Positions 1 to 14,908 of a DNA stretch of 64,000 nucleotides are shown here, in pieces. Each line of letters starts with the position of its first letter. Position 1 is the first letter of the stretch. The notes beneath the pieces were generated by a model. The model was not told where the DNA came from. It saw nothing but the letters and a program-made list of their open reading frames with translations, and searched no databases. This stretch comes from Octopus sinensis (taxonomy: Eukaryota), in NCBI RefSeq assembly GCF_006345805.1, contig NC_043005.1:2294001-2358000 (forward strand), read 5' to 3'. The position numbers were made by a program, and so were the translations under genes.

Positions 1-80
1 TTTCAGCTCAACCGGCCACATAATGCGCACATTATATATATACGCATTAAATATATATATATATGTATATATATACGCAT

Positions 81-117
<37 letters not shown>

Positions 118-170
118 TTGCATGTGTGTGTGTGTGTGTGTATGCATTATATATACAAATGTATAAAAAT

Positions 171-214
<44 letters not shown>

Positions 215-309
215 TACATATATAAATACAGCTATATACACTTTGTATATATACATTATATATACATATTTATATATAGAACACACACACACATATGAAT
301 TAACCCAAT

Positions 310-774
310 AAATATCTGATTCATAATATTTGTTCTCGTGATTGTGTGGTGGTGGATGTGGCGACGATAATTCTCTCTATGAATGCAGACAGACGTAGAG
401 TGAGAGAGAGAGAGTGTGTGTGTGTGTGTGTCTGTGTGTGTGACAGCGCCAGCGAAAGCGGCGGGGGAAAGACAGTAGACGCTGTGAAACGTCGCTATAG
501 AGAGAAAGTGAAAGGAAGGGAGGAAAGAGAGAGAGTCGGAGGAAGACAGGCAGATAAGAGAATGGGGGCAGACTTGTTAAAGTGTGCGTTTTTTGCCCTT
601 GTAACGACACCTTTTAAGATAGGGATTTCTAACTTGTCCACTCACATCCTCATCACATTTTACATCTCCCTGTAAATTCTGGAGTCAATCCGACGTGATC
701 TAGTGCCCTTTAACCCGTTCCAATGCCAAAACCAGACAAACAAACTTTTTGCATTTCAGAATTATAATATAGAG
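310..774 (+). mobile_element. Partial non-autonomous Helitron/Helentron-like (HINE-type) element, tandem with the next copy
   Basis: Sequence ~500-770 is a diverged direct repeat of ~1385-1660 and has the same end (ccagacaaacaaactttttgcatttcagaattataatataga). Confidence 0.55.
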
Positions 775-1665
775 ACTAGCTTAAGGTGACCCGCTCTACT
801 CGCGGGTGAGGTTGTGGTTGTTACTTTCTGTTTTTTATCGCCACATTCTCCCTCTTTGTTTCTCTCTCCTTTCTCTCTCACTTTCCCACTCTCTTACTCT
901 TCATTTCTCTCGGACTTTGCATCGCTTTCTCTTACTCTCTATCTTTCCCTATCTATCTCTCTCCCATTTATAAACAACAAAAATCTTGAGTAAGTTGAGA
1001 AAGAAAATATTTTTACGCTTTTTAAACCCTTCGTCGTTATTTTCATTCACTCATTATTACTTTCTCCTTTCCTTTCACTTTCTCTCTATAACGTCGTTTG
1101 ATAGCGTCTATTATCTTTCCTCCGCCGCCTTCGCCAGCGTTGTCACTCTCTCTCTCTCTCCACGTCTGTCTGCATTCATAGAGAGAATTATCATCGCCAC
1201 CACCACCACCACCACCACCACCACACAATCATGAGAATCTTTCTCTATATATATAGAGAGAGAAGGGGAGGGAGAAAGTAATAATGAGTGAATGAGAATA
1301 ACGACGAAGGGTTTAAAAAGCGTAAAAATAATGAAGGCGGCGGAGGAAAGATAGTAGACGTTATCAAACGACGTTATAGAGAGAAATTGAAAGGAAGGGA
1401 GGAAAGAGAGAGAGAGAGAGAGTCGGAGGAAGACAGGCAGATAAGAGAATGGGGGCAGACTTGTCAAAGTGCTTGCGTTTTTTGCCCTAGTAACGACACC
1501 TTTTAAGATAGGGATTTCTAACCTAGCCCACTCACATCCTCACCTCATTTTACATGTCCCTGTAAATTTTGGAGTCAATCCAACGGGATCTAGTGGCCTT
1601 TAACCCGTTCTCAATGCCAAAACCAGACAAACAAACTTTTTGCATTTCAGAATTATAATATAGAT
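775..1665 (+). mobile_element. Non-autonomous Helitron/Helentron-like (HINE-type) element, apparently complete
   Basis: Starts ACTAGC followed by a subterminal hairpin (acccgc-tctactc-gcgggt) and ends acaaacaaac...ttataatatagat. Internal segment 1010-1235 is inverted relative to 340-520 and 1270-1385. Confidence 0.6.
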
Positions 1666-2090
1666 ATATATATATTTACGTACGAGAGTCACTGATACAT
1701 TGTGTTACTTCTTGCTTTACTTTCTTAATTATCTGAGAATGTTTGTTATGAATCATTCGAATACTTTTAACATTGAAAAAAAAAACCCTGAAAAGCCTTA
1801 ATTTTTTTTATAACATTTGATCAGGTGGGGGGAGGTAGTACATGTTGTAGTAGCTTCTGAGAGTGGAAGGAAAGTTGATACCTGACCCGAATACTTGTAA
1901 GAGAGTAGAGTCTTCTGGTTACGGGGTCAGGGTACCCAGGTGGTGGTGTTAAAGTGGGCGACGGGTCAAGTCTATCGGCCGACCGAACTATGACAAGATT
2001 TGAACTCATAATCCAAAGAGTCGTAAGAAATACCACACGGCTCTCACTTTCGCCCATCCATTACACTGTAACGGATTATTTTTCTTACAG

Positions 2091-2133
2091 AAGTTGAAAA
2101 ACTGAAAACCTGAAGACGAAATGTTTGAAATCG
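2091..2133 (+). other. Candidate short exon (UTR or start-containing)
   Basis: Acceptor ttatttttcttacag and donor G|gtgagt. All three through-frames are closed, but ATG TTT GAA ATC G runs to the donor. Confidence 0.2.
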
Positions 2134-2591
2134 GTGAGTTGGCCGAATGACCGGGAGGCATTCGACTCTGGTTCATTTGGCGCCGATTAATGCTGTTTAG
2201 TTTTTAAATTGAAAGAATTTATTTAATTCCTGCTGCTTATTCTTTAATCAGTAAAACTATTTCTGTTTCTATAAATGAATCTAAATATGGCCACTGTTAT
2301 TTTGACACCCACTCTCGCTCCTTGTTTTCCCATTCAACTGTGTAATCGTTTTAGTTTGCTTCAACATGGAAATCGATTCGCTGGAATTTCTGATAATTCT
2401 CTGCCAAGAAAATCATGAAAACTTTTGCAGAAATTTCACCTGAAGCATGTGCTTCAACAAAAGCCTGTATTTTATTATGGAAGCAAACTATATGAAGGTT
2501 TTGGCGTTGGAAGAAGAGAAGTATAGCGTTGCGGCTTTTACTTATACATTCTCAGCTCAACAATCAGCCTCGCCAATACACACATACACAC

Positions 2592-3193
<602 letters not shown>

Positions 3194-3459
3194 AAGCATT
3201 TCTGATTTGAGAAAAACAAAAAATGAGACAAACAATTGGGTTTCTGCTCTCTCGTGTGCTACCGCACATTAACAACCGTTATGTCTTTTCGCTACCACCT
3301 CTAATGAGAGCAGGTAAGTAAGAGTTAAGTGCCTAATGAGATTCATGTTTGGGTTGTTTCTTTGAGTTCTGATTGAACTGTTTCCTTTAATCTACTCCGA
3401 TACAAAAATGTAAGCACGAATTTCGTATAATATTTTTTAAAAAACAGACTAAAGGTGTG

Positions 3460-3610
3460 GATTTGTGATAAGAAGTTTGCTTTCCAATCATATGGTTCTG
3501 AGCTCAGTCCCACTGCGGGGCATCTTGGGCAAGTGCCTGTTACTATTGCTTTGGGCCAACCAAAGCCTTGTAAGTGGATCTGGTTGACAGAAGCTGAAAG
3601 ATGCCCGTCG
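3460..3610 (+). mobile_element. SINE family 1, 5' fragment
   Basis: Matches 2745-2890 (cccactgcggggcatcttgggcaagtg...). Confidence 0.7.
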
Positions 3611-3853
3611 ATTCACTCTGGTAACGTTTGTTCCTTCGAGGCCCTAACTCTCCTCAAATTTTATATTTTAGAAATTTCTCGATGAAGTTTCCTGTCTTGT
3701 TAAAAGCACGAAACAGGAAGTAATAAACAGTCGACAACTGGGGAGGAGATAGAATGCTTTTGCTATTTTGTCCCGTACTTGTCTCTCGTTGTGTTTTTAT
3801 GTATTTTTCGCTCTCGTTGGTGATGTCCTCTACTTAATATGTATTTTTCATTT

Positions 3854-3891
<38 letters not shown>

Positions 3892-3949
3892 TATATATAT
3901 AATATATATATATATATACATTATATATATATATAATATATATATACAG

Positions 3950-4200
3950 ACACACATACACATATGTGTGTATGTGTGTATCTGTGCTTGTATTTGTCCC
4001 CTACCACCGCTTGACAACCGGTGTAGTTGTGTTTACATCCACATAACTTAGCGATTTAGGAAAAGAGGGAGATGAAACAAATACCAAACTTTAAAAAAGA
4101 ATAAGTTCTGTGATTGATGCATTCGACTCGAAATTCCGTAAAGCGGTGCTCCAGCATGGCTGCAATCCAATGACTGAAACAAGTAAACTATAATAGATAA
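3950..4200 (+). mobile_element. SINE family 1, 3' fragment
   Basis: Contains gcggtgctccagcatggctgcaatccaatgactgaaacaagtaa tail. Confidence 0.7.
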
Positions 4201-4809
4201 AAGATAAATAGAGGAAGGTAGCGTGCGAGTAAAAGAATGGGTCGGAGTTTTGGCGAAAGTAACGTCCAAGAGATTTTATGAGTTTTAAGAAACGCAAATG
4301 TTTCATAAGAATCAGGTTTAATGTGGGAAAGAATTCTAAATGTTTCTAAAAACCATATATAACCATATCGTAGGAGGATATTTGCAGCAGAGTCAATAGT
4401 CTTTTCCTACTTTTTTTCATATCCTATAACATTATCTAGTCTGTTAATTATCTAAAATAAAACTTATTAATTTCGGGCCAATATTTTACTGACTGTAATT
4501 GACATTTAATATTTTCAGCACTCAAAAAATTATACAAGCGAAAAGAATAAAGAAATAAATTGAAAATGTTTTATATAAAGTTAAACAATCTTCTTCCATG
4601 TTATGTTATATGCTTTCATAAATGAATATATTTGATAAAGCAGCTGCGGTTTATTTAATTCTGATATTGTTAACGTTTTCCGTATCTGCATTTGCAACTG
4701 TGCTAATAGAGTCGTCGCTGAATTAATATTTCGTTTAGCTAGACGAACAAAACATGAAATTATAAAGAAGTGGGCGATTCGATAACATCAGCTTCAGTCC
4801 TTGCCTGGT

Positions 4810-5160
4810 ATTTTATTTTATCGACCCCAGGAAGATGAAAGCAAAGTTGATCTCGGAGCAATTTGAACACAGAAGCACCAGCAGAAATGTTCCTAAACAT
4901 TTTGCCCCACGTGCTTGATGGTTCTGCCATCTCGCTGCCTTAATCTACGCATTAATAATACTTCTGCTATACTAACGAGGCCTAAAATTTCGGGTGAGGG
5001 GTGAGTCAGTCACATCGACCCCAGTGCTCAACTGATACTTATTTAATCAACCCGTAAAAGGGTGAACGTCAAAGTCGACCTGAGCAGATTTTGAACGCAG
5101 AACGTACTGACGGACGAAATAGCATTTTGTCCGGCGCGCTAACCATTTTGCCAGCTCACC
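4810..5160 (-). mobile_element. Two degenerate SINE family 2 fragments
   Basis: Reverse-complement similarity to 10562-10790 (tcgacccc, aaagtcgacc, ccagctcacc). Confidence 0.55.
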
Positions 5161-5447
5161 ATCTTAGAGTTTATAATTAATGACCGTTGTTTATGAGTTG
5201 TGGTTGCCATCAGCAAGTCATGAAACACGTCGAGAGTTATCGTTTCATAGTCTACAGAAATGATTACCTTCGTCACAGGCTTGCTAATTACGCTCTAATC
5301 ATATCTATAAAGGCATACAACACAATAAACGACTTGTACCGCCCATTCTTACACCCCGCCTCCTCGAGTGCCATTCTTTGCAAACAATATTGATGAGGAT
5401 TACGGTCTTTGGATAATTTACCCCTTCATTTCTGCTGCATTTCACAG

Positions 5448-5521
5448 AAACCCTAAAAATGGTCATGTGTACAACCCTTCCCCCTTTAAGGAAACTAGAA
5501 AAGAGATTGCTGAAAGCTTCC
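5448..5521 (+). other. Candidate exon
   Basis: Acceptor cttcatttctgctgcatttcacag and possible donor C|gtaaat. Two frames are open (NPKNGHVYNPSPFKETRKEIAESF or TLKMVMCTTLPPLRKLEKRLLKAS). No recognisable homology. Confidence 0.2.
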
Positions 5522-5829
5522 GTAAATGTATTGTGTTGGCTTCCATATAATGTGAAATTAATATTATTAGTTAGATTTATGAAATTAAAACTAATTTTAT
5601 GTTTATTTCTTCAAAAATTGTGATTAAATGACCAGCTGAGCGGAAAGTCTAATGGGGAGAAATTCAATTCCACAATCGGTTCCCTTTTCCTTTTGTTTTT
5701 TAATGGATCATTTTTTTTTTTTCACAGAATCGTGAGAGGTTTCAGAATTCTTAACAGATTCAGTTTACGGACAGCTTTTAATATGCAAAAAGCAAAATCC
5801 AACGCACTGTAAAATAGTAGATATATAAT

Positions 5830-6040
5830 TATATATATGTTGTGTGTAAGAGAGAAAGTAAATATTTAACCGATGCTGGTGTGTTTACGTCCCTGTTACT
5901 TAGCGGTTCGGCAAAAGAGACCGATAGAATAAGCACTGGGCTTACAAAGAATAAATCCCGGGGTCGATTTGCTCGACTAAAGGCAGTGCTCCAGCATGGC
6001 CGCTGTCAAATGACTGAAACAAGTAAAAGAGTAAAGATAT
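5830..6040 (+). mobile_element. SINE family 1, 3' half
   Basis: Near-identical to 2965-3130. Confidence 0.8.
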
Positions 6041-6053
6041 ATACATACATACG

Positions 6054-6101
<48 letters not shown>

Positions 6102-6102
6102 C

Positions 6103-6135
<33 letters not shown>

Positions 6136-6309
6136 TATGCGTATACATTCAAATGCAAAAGAAGCATAATTAGATTAAAATCTGAATGTGTGTGTGTTTT
6201 GGTGTGTGTGTGTGTATGTGTAAGCAATGATAGGGATAAAGAAATTAAACACATCATATACAAAATATGTGCATATATGTATGTATATATATATAATATA
6301 TATATATAC

Positions 6310-6350
<41 letters not shown>

Positions 6351-6351
6351 C

Positions 6352-6393
<42 letters not shown>

Positions 6394-6439
6394 TGATAAA
6401 AACGGTAAGGTAACAAAAGAAAGAAAGAGACCTCGATAT

Positions 6440-6701
6440 TATGTAAATAGAGGAATTAATCTGTAAATATAATATGTGACAATTATTCGGTAGCCAAGAT
6501 AAAACTCCGAGTTTCGGATGCCGAGGTGGAAATCCACGCCACCATCTCTTTGGTGGCGTGGATTTCCTTTTTCTATGATTCTGACGAAGAGCTCCGCTCG
6601 AAGCGTTACACCCTCCTTCTTTCTTTCCTTTCTTGGGCGTCCAATAACACTATACTTGTTCCACGTCCTCGCGTTGTTGTGTTTTCTCTTTGTTCATGTT
6701 T

Positions 6702-6702
<1 letters not shown>
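6440..6702 (+). repeat. Interspersed repeat (Penelope pLTR-like) with a 17-bp hairpin and a degenerate minimal hammerhead
   Basis: 6570-6700 is homologous to the reverse complement of 53966-54110. Perfect 17-bp stem at 6528-6567. Contains CTGACGA-A-GAGCtccGCTC-GAAG-CGTT. Confidence 0.6.
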
Positions 6703-6746
<44 letters not shown>

Positions 6747-7248
6747 ATAGTATTATTTGATCTAGCTAAATAATATAACTGCGTGTTGATTGTTTTGCAC
6801 AGAATATGTGAAGATGTTTTAACCTGACTCGCTGTGGCATTGTCATTGGTTAATTTAGATAGCGCAAGATTGAAGCAAACCACAACACACCAACTTCATT
6901 TATGCTGTGAAGAAAATACTTGCAACGACAACTCGTTCTTTTAGAATAAAACCTATTTTGTAATGAAATCTTTTTTCTTTTTTTTTTTTACTTTAGCCGT
7001 TCTTTTGCCTTTCGTCTTCCTATATGCTCGCGGTATTCTTCAGTTACAGACTCTTTTCTTTTTCCTTCTGTTAGTCTCTTGACACAAAGTGTTCTGCAAT
7101 TCAAATAAATCTTGACATATCTTGGAATGTTCCGAGATTTTCCCACCAATTATCGGCACCAAATATTCTAACCGCCATTAAGTAGATTGAATTACATCAA
7201 AACTTCCTCGTTTTCAGGCATTTTCCCCTCTCCTCTCTCTCCTCTTTC

Positions 7249-7286
<38 letters not shown>

Positions 7287-7648
7287 CATATACATTTATG
7301 AATGTGTGCATGTCTACCTATGTATATATATGTGTGTGTGTGTATATGTTTGTAGATCCATTTATATCTATGTATATATGTGCCTTTGTATTAGTATCTA
7401 CCATATAGACAGTAATATATTTATGTCTGTTTCTTTCGTTTCTATTTAAGCCATTTATTCAATATTTCTTCTTAATTCGCCTCATCAACACAACCTACCT
7501 TTTAACCAATCACTAATAACCAACAAGCAAAACGACAACCGTACAGCGAATCGATAGACAATAAAAAACAACACTTTTTTCTTTTGTCTCTGTAAACACA
7601 TGCATTAGTTTTATTATTTATTCTATTAATGGGTGAACACATATATAA

Positions 7649-8850
<1,202 letters not shown>

Positions 8851-8893
8851 ATATTTGTATGTATGCATGTATATATATATATAAATACATATG

Positions 8894-8925
<32 letters not shown>

Positions 8926-8989
8926 CATTTATTACATGTATATATAAATGTGTGTGTTTATGTGAATGTACGCATGTATAAATGCATAG

Positions 8990-9410
8990 ATGAAAGTATG
9001 GTCAGATGGAGCTAGATGCATGGATACATACATGAACATACACACATACATATGCACACCCCTACAGACAGACACACACACACACACACTCACGCACACA
9101 CATACACACATATACACATACATACATACATACTTACATACATACATACATACATACACACACACACATACATACATACATACATACATACATACACACA
9201 CACACATATACATACATTCACACATACATTCACACATACATACATACACACACATACACATACATACTTACATACATACATACACACATACACACATACA
9301 TATATACATACATACATACATACATACATACATACATACATACATACATACATACATACATACACACACATATACATACATTCACACATACATGCAAACA
9401 CACATACACA
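8990..9410. repeat. (CA)/(TACA)n simple repeat
   Basis: Directly visible. Confidence 0.95.
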
Positions 9411-9480
9411 GGAAATGGTTGCAAGAACGGTTGGCACTAACGGGTTGGCTTTTGGCAATATATCTTTCTCTCCTTCTCAG

Positions 9481-9557
9481 AACCTCGTTATCCAGTCACG
9501 TCTGACAACGATAAAGGAAAGCGAAAGCCTCCCACGCAACGCTGCCAGGGAAACTCT
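9481..9557 (+). other. Candidate exon
   Basis: Strong acceptor tatctttctctccttctcag. Open frame xPRYPVTSDNDKGKRKPPTQRCQGNS. Donor is weak (T|gtaatg). Confidence 0.2.
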
Positions 9558-9580
9558 GTAATGCTATCTGTTTACACAAT

Positions 9581-9614
<34 letters not shown>

Positions 9615-10472
9615 CTGCATCTGTGTCCCCATTGTCATAACAATAAATTAACATGTCCCGGTAGTTGGACCTTATCTGCCATCTTTTCATTTGTTTGTCC
9701 ATACTCCTTCACTCTCTGCAACTGTGTTCATACACCACACCCAATTCCATACACACACACACACACACATACATATATATGCAGCACATGTGGACGTACC
9801 ATCAAAATTACAAGAATAAGAGAACATTTACAGTGAATCAATGCCGAACTCCCAGCTCTTGTGCCCTTTGAATAAATCCTCATTCCTATCTCTCATTATA
9901 GGTGCAGCTGGGTACGTGCTAACACAAAAACCTAGAACTTCTCGGTTTATCGAAGACGGATAAAGGAAAACTGGCGCCGATTCCCCAAATCCAATTTATT
10001 TGTGGCACCGGGAAGATTTGTATAACATTGCAAGAATTCTCCATGTGAAATTCTTATGTGAAGAGATGTACATATTTGGGTGTGTGCATCGACAGTTCAT
10101 CCAACACAATAACCCAACCACATATTTACAAACACTGGGAACTCTCTTAACTCAAAAGGTCCTGGTGCTTTGTTTGTAACCGGCTCGAACTTCCTTAAGA
10201 ACTTAAATAAAACTAAAAAAAAATCCATCCATCCATACATCCATCCATACATATGCAGACGCACACAGATATATTTTATCCGTAGTTGTAAAACGATCCG
10301 GCGACGAAGTTGCGGCAAACAAGCAAAGACCGGCAGAATATCGCAGTTTATTTCGCTGAACCAGAACCTTAATACAGCGTTACTACGGCATGTAACCACT
10401 TCTTTACACAAGATCGATTGAGTCCAGTCGTCTTGCTTGAAGTGTAACAGGACACTAGGCCGGTTTGAATAG

Positions 10473-10557
<85 letters not shown>

Positions 10558-10561
10558 GATA

Positions 10562-10788
10562 GGGCGAGCTGGCAGAAACGTTAGCGCAACGGGCGAAATG
10601 CTTAGCGGTATTTCGTCTGCCGCTACGTTCTGAGTTCAAATTCCGCCGAGGTCGATTTGCCTTTCATCCCTTCGGGGTCGATAAATTAAGTACCAGTTAC
10701 GCACTGGGGTCGATGTAATCGACTTAATCCGTTTGTCTGTCCTTGTTTGTCCCCTCTATGTTTAATCCCTTGTAGGCAATAAAGAAAT

Positions 10789-10790
<2 letters not shown>
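10562..10790 (+). mobile_element. tRNA-derived SINE, family 2, full length
   Basis: Head ggcgagctggcagaaacgttagc, B-box-like gagttcaaattcc, tail gcaataaagaaataa. Matches copies at 39689 and 60151. Confidence 0.85.
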
Positions 10791-10852
<62 letters not shown>

Positions 10853-11239
10853 GATAGATAGATAGATAGATATGGAGTAGCAAAGCGTTTTTTGCACCAT
10901 TCACAGCAAACTCTTGAACGGTTGTTCGGTTAGTTATTCTTGATATGTGTAGACAGGTCCTGACGTCAAATATGCTGGTTGCCGTAGTGTATGTTATACA
11001 AGACTAACTTCTCCCTTTTACGACGGCAGCGTGTTCAACCTACAAGGCACATTGGCGCACGGCATTCTCAGACATCGGAATTTTGACATCTATGTCGCGT
11101 CATCCCGAAGCAGATGGAACTCTGCGCCTAACCAAAGCTGCTGGTTTTGTTTATATTTCCAGTGAACAAACTGTTTGCTGATTGGTGCTTATATCTGCAA
11201 ACCGATAGTAAAATCGTTACAGCGGGACCCGGGAAGATT

Positions 11240-13231
<1,992 letters not shown>

Positions 13232-13675
13232 ATATATATCAGAGCATATGCATATTGTGTATGTGCTTGAATGCATATATATATAGGCATGTATATACAG
13301 ATAGGTATGTATATCTAACTATCTATCTACGTATCACTCTATCTCTCTCTCTTTCTATGTATATTGAAGTGGACGGACGTCTATTTGTTTCTCTCCCAAG
13401 TCAGTAGCAAGCTACACAGTTTCAAAACTAACTGACCTTAAATATATATATATTTGTAACCACGTGTTTGCCTACAAACCCGTAAGTACGTTTTCATTTA
13501 ACTACAAATTGTTATATACACCTGTTTTTCTTTTAATATCCTCAAACAACCAAATAATCAAAAACTCACACCCTTAAGAGAGAACATTTATATATATATA
13601 CACTTCTTTAACTCCCAAGAAAGAATATATATATTTTCAAAAATCAAAAGGAAAACAAACAAAAGAAAAACAAAC

Positions 13676-14908
13676 ATGACTAACTTGCAGGCCTGCAACA
13701 GACGAAATTGGTCTGATAACGAAATTGATGTTTTAATAAACACATGGTTCTCTCTTTCCCAAACAGAAAATCTAAATGTCTTGTGTTTGAATGAGATTGC
13801 CGAAAAAACATCACAAGTGGTCAACACACGATCCGTCAAACAGATTCGTAGCAAGCTGAAACATATCGAAGTATCTTTCAAACTGACAAAAGGCCATTTT
13901 GAAAAGCTTCTTCATATTTTCACAGTTCAAGAACAGCAACAGCTAGAAAATCAGCAGCCACAACAACAACAACAACAGAATGAGCCACTCCTGGTTCCCA
14001 GCACAATGGCTGACCCTAACATCGGTCAAGCACGACAACAACAACAACAGCCACAGCAACAAGAACAACAACAGCCACTCCTCAACTCTAGCTTACTAGA
14101 CGATTCACTAAATGCCAGTATCTTTTCACCGCTCTCACGGCAACCACCACAATTATCATCATCATCATCATCACCACCGCTGCCACCATCGTCTTCTATC
14201 ACCAAAAATACCAACAGAAAACCAAATAAGAAACCATTGCCCTCTTCCCCCACATCACCACCTCAATACTACTGCAGTAACAAAAACTTAAAGAAACATA
14301 GGAAGCAGAATGCGCCCCCCACGGCACAAACAAGAAATCCCCAAATATGCCGCTATTCACTGTGCCAGAGACTCTGCACAAATAGTGACTGCATCTTCAC
14401 GCATCTACCCGGCACTAGACGCACTACCGGCCAAGGCCAAAGCACGCATCCCACAATAACATCAACACCACCAAATAGTAAATCGAAATTCAAAACACAC
14501 ACAACTCGGAGTCCCAAAATCTGCCGGTATTCCCAACGTGAGAGAACATGTCTACTGAGTGACTGTCCCTTCACTCATCTTCCAGGGACCCGACGCACAA
14601 ACAGAAACGGGGCTTCAAGCCAACACACAAACCTGAATAACAATAAAAATAGAAACACACCATGCTGCAGTAATGCTGGTCTAGTCTTTTCAGGAAGACA
14701 CAAAAACAACAACAACAAAAGTGGAAACTACAACCCTATCCAACAGTGCAACCACACCTCCAGCCAAAAACTGCTCCCTAAGCAGGAAAATTCTTTTTTA
14801 GCCATGTTGAACATGGCAAAAGAGATACACAAAAACATTCTAGCCATCACTCAACACCATCCTATGCTATTACCCCAGTGCACCAATTCCCCACATTGCT
14901 GCCACTAA
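13676..14908 (+). CDS. LINE ORF1 protein: N-terminal Myb/SANT-like (trihelix-type) domain, Q/S/P-rich linker, two C-x8-C-x4-C-x3-H zinc fingers
   Basis: 410 aa open frame containing RNWSDNEIDVLINTW...IAEK...RSVKQIRSKLKHI, CRYSLCQRLCTNSDCIFTH and CRYSQRERTCLLSDCPFTH. Confidence 0.8.
   Translation: MTNLQACNRRNWSDNEIDVLINTWFSLSQTENLNVLCLNEIAEKTSQVVNTRSVKQIRSKLKHIEVSFKLTKGHFEKLLHIFTVQEQQQLENQQPQQQQQQNEPLLVPSTMADPNIGQARQQQQQPQQQEQQQPLLNSSLLDDSLNASIFSPLSRQPPQLSSSSSSPPLPPSSSITKNTNRKPNKKPLPSSPTSPPQYYCSNKNLKKHRKQNAPPTAQTRNPQICRYSLCQRLCTNSDCIFTHLPGTRRTTGQGQSTHPTITSTPPNSKSKFKTHTTRSPKICRYSQRERTCLLSDCPFTHLPGTRRTNRNGASSQHTNLNNNKNRNTPCCSNAGLVFSGRHKNNNNKSGNYNPIQQCNHTSSQKLLPKQENSFLAMLNMAKEIHKNILAITQHHPMLLPQCTNSPHCCH

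Noticed and set aside
63-311. Many ORFs with YIYI, THTH, MYVC, poly-V/S/T/I translations throughout the window
   Set aside because: They are translations of (TA)n, (CA)n, (TACA)n, (GATA)n and trinucleotide microsatellites.
3660-3730. Hammerhead-like tcgatgaag...cgaaac
   Set aside because: Core U4 is altered and there is no convincing helix II/III or helix I pairing.
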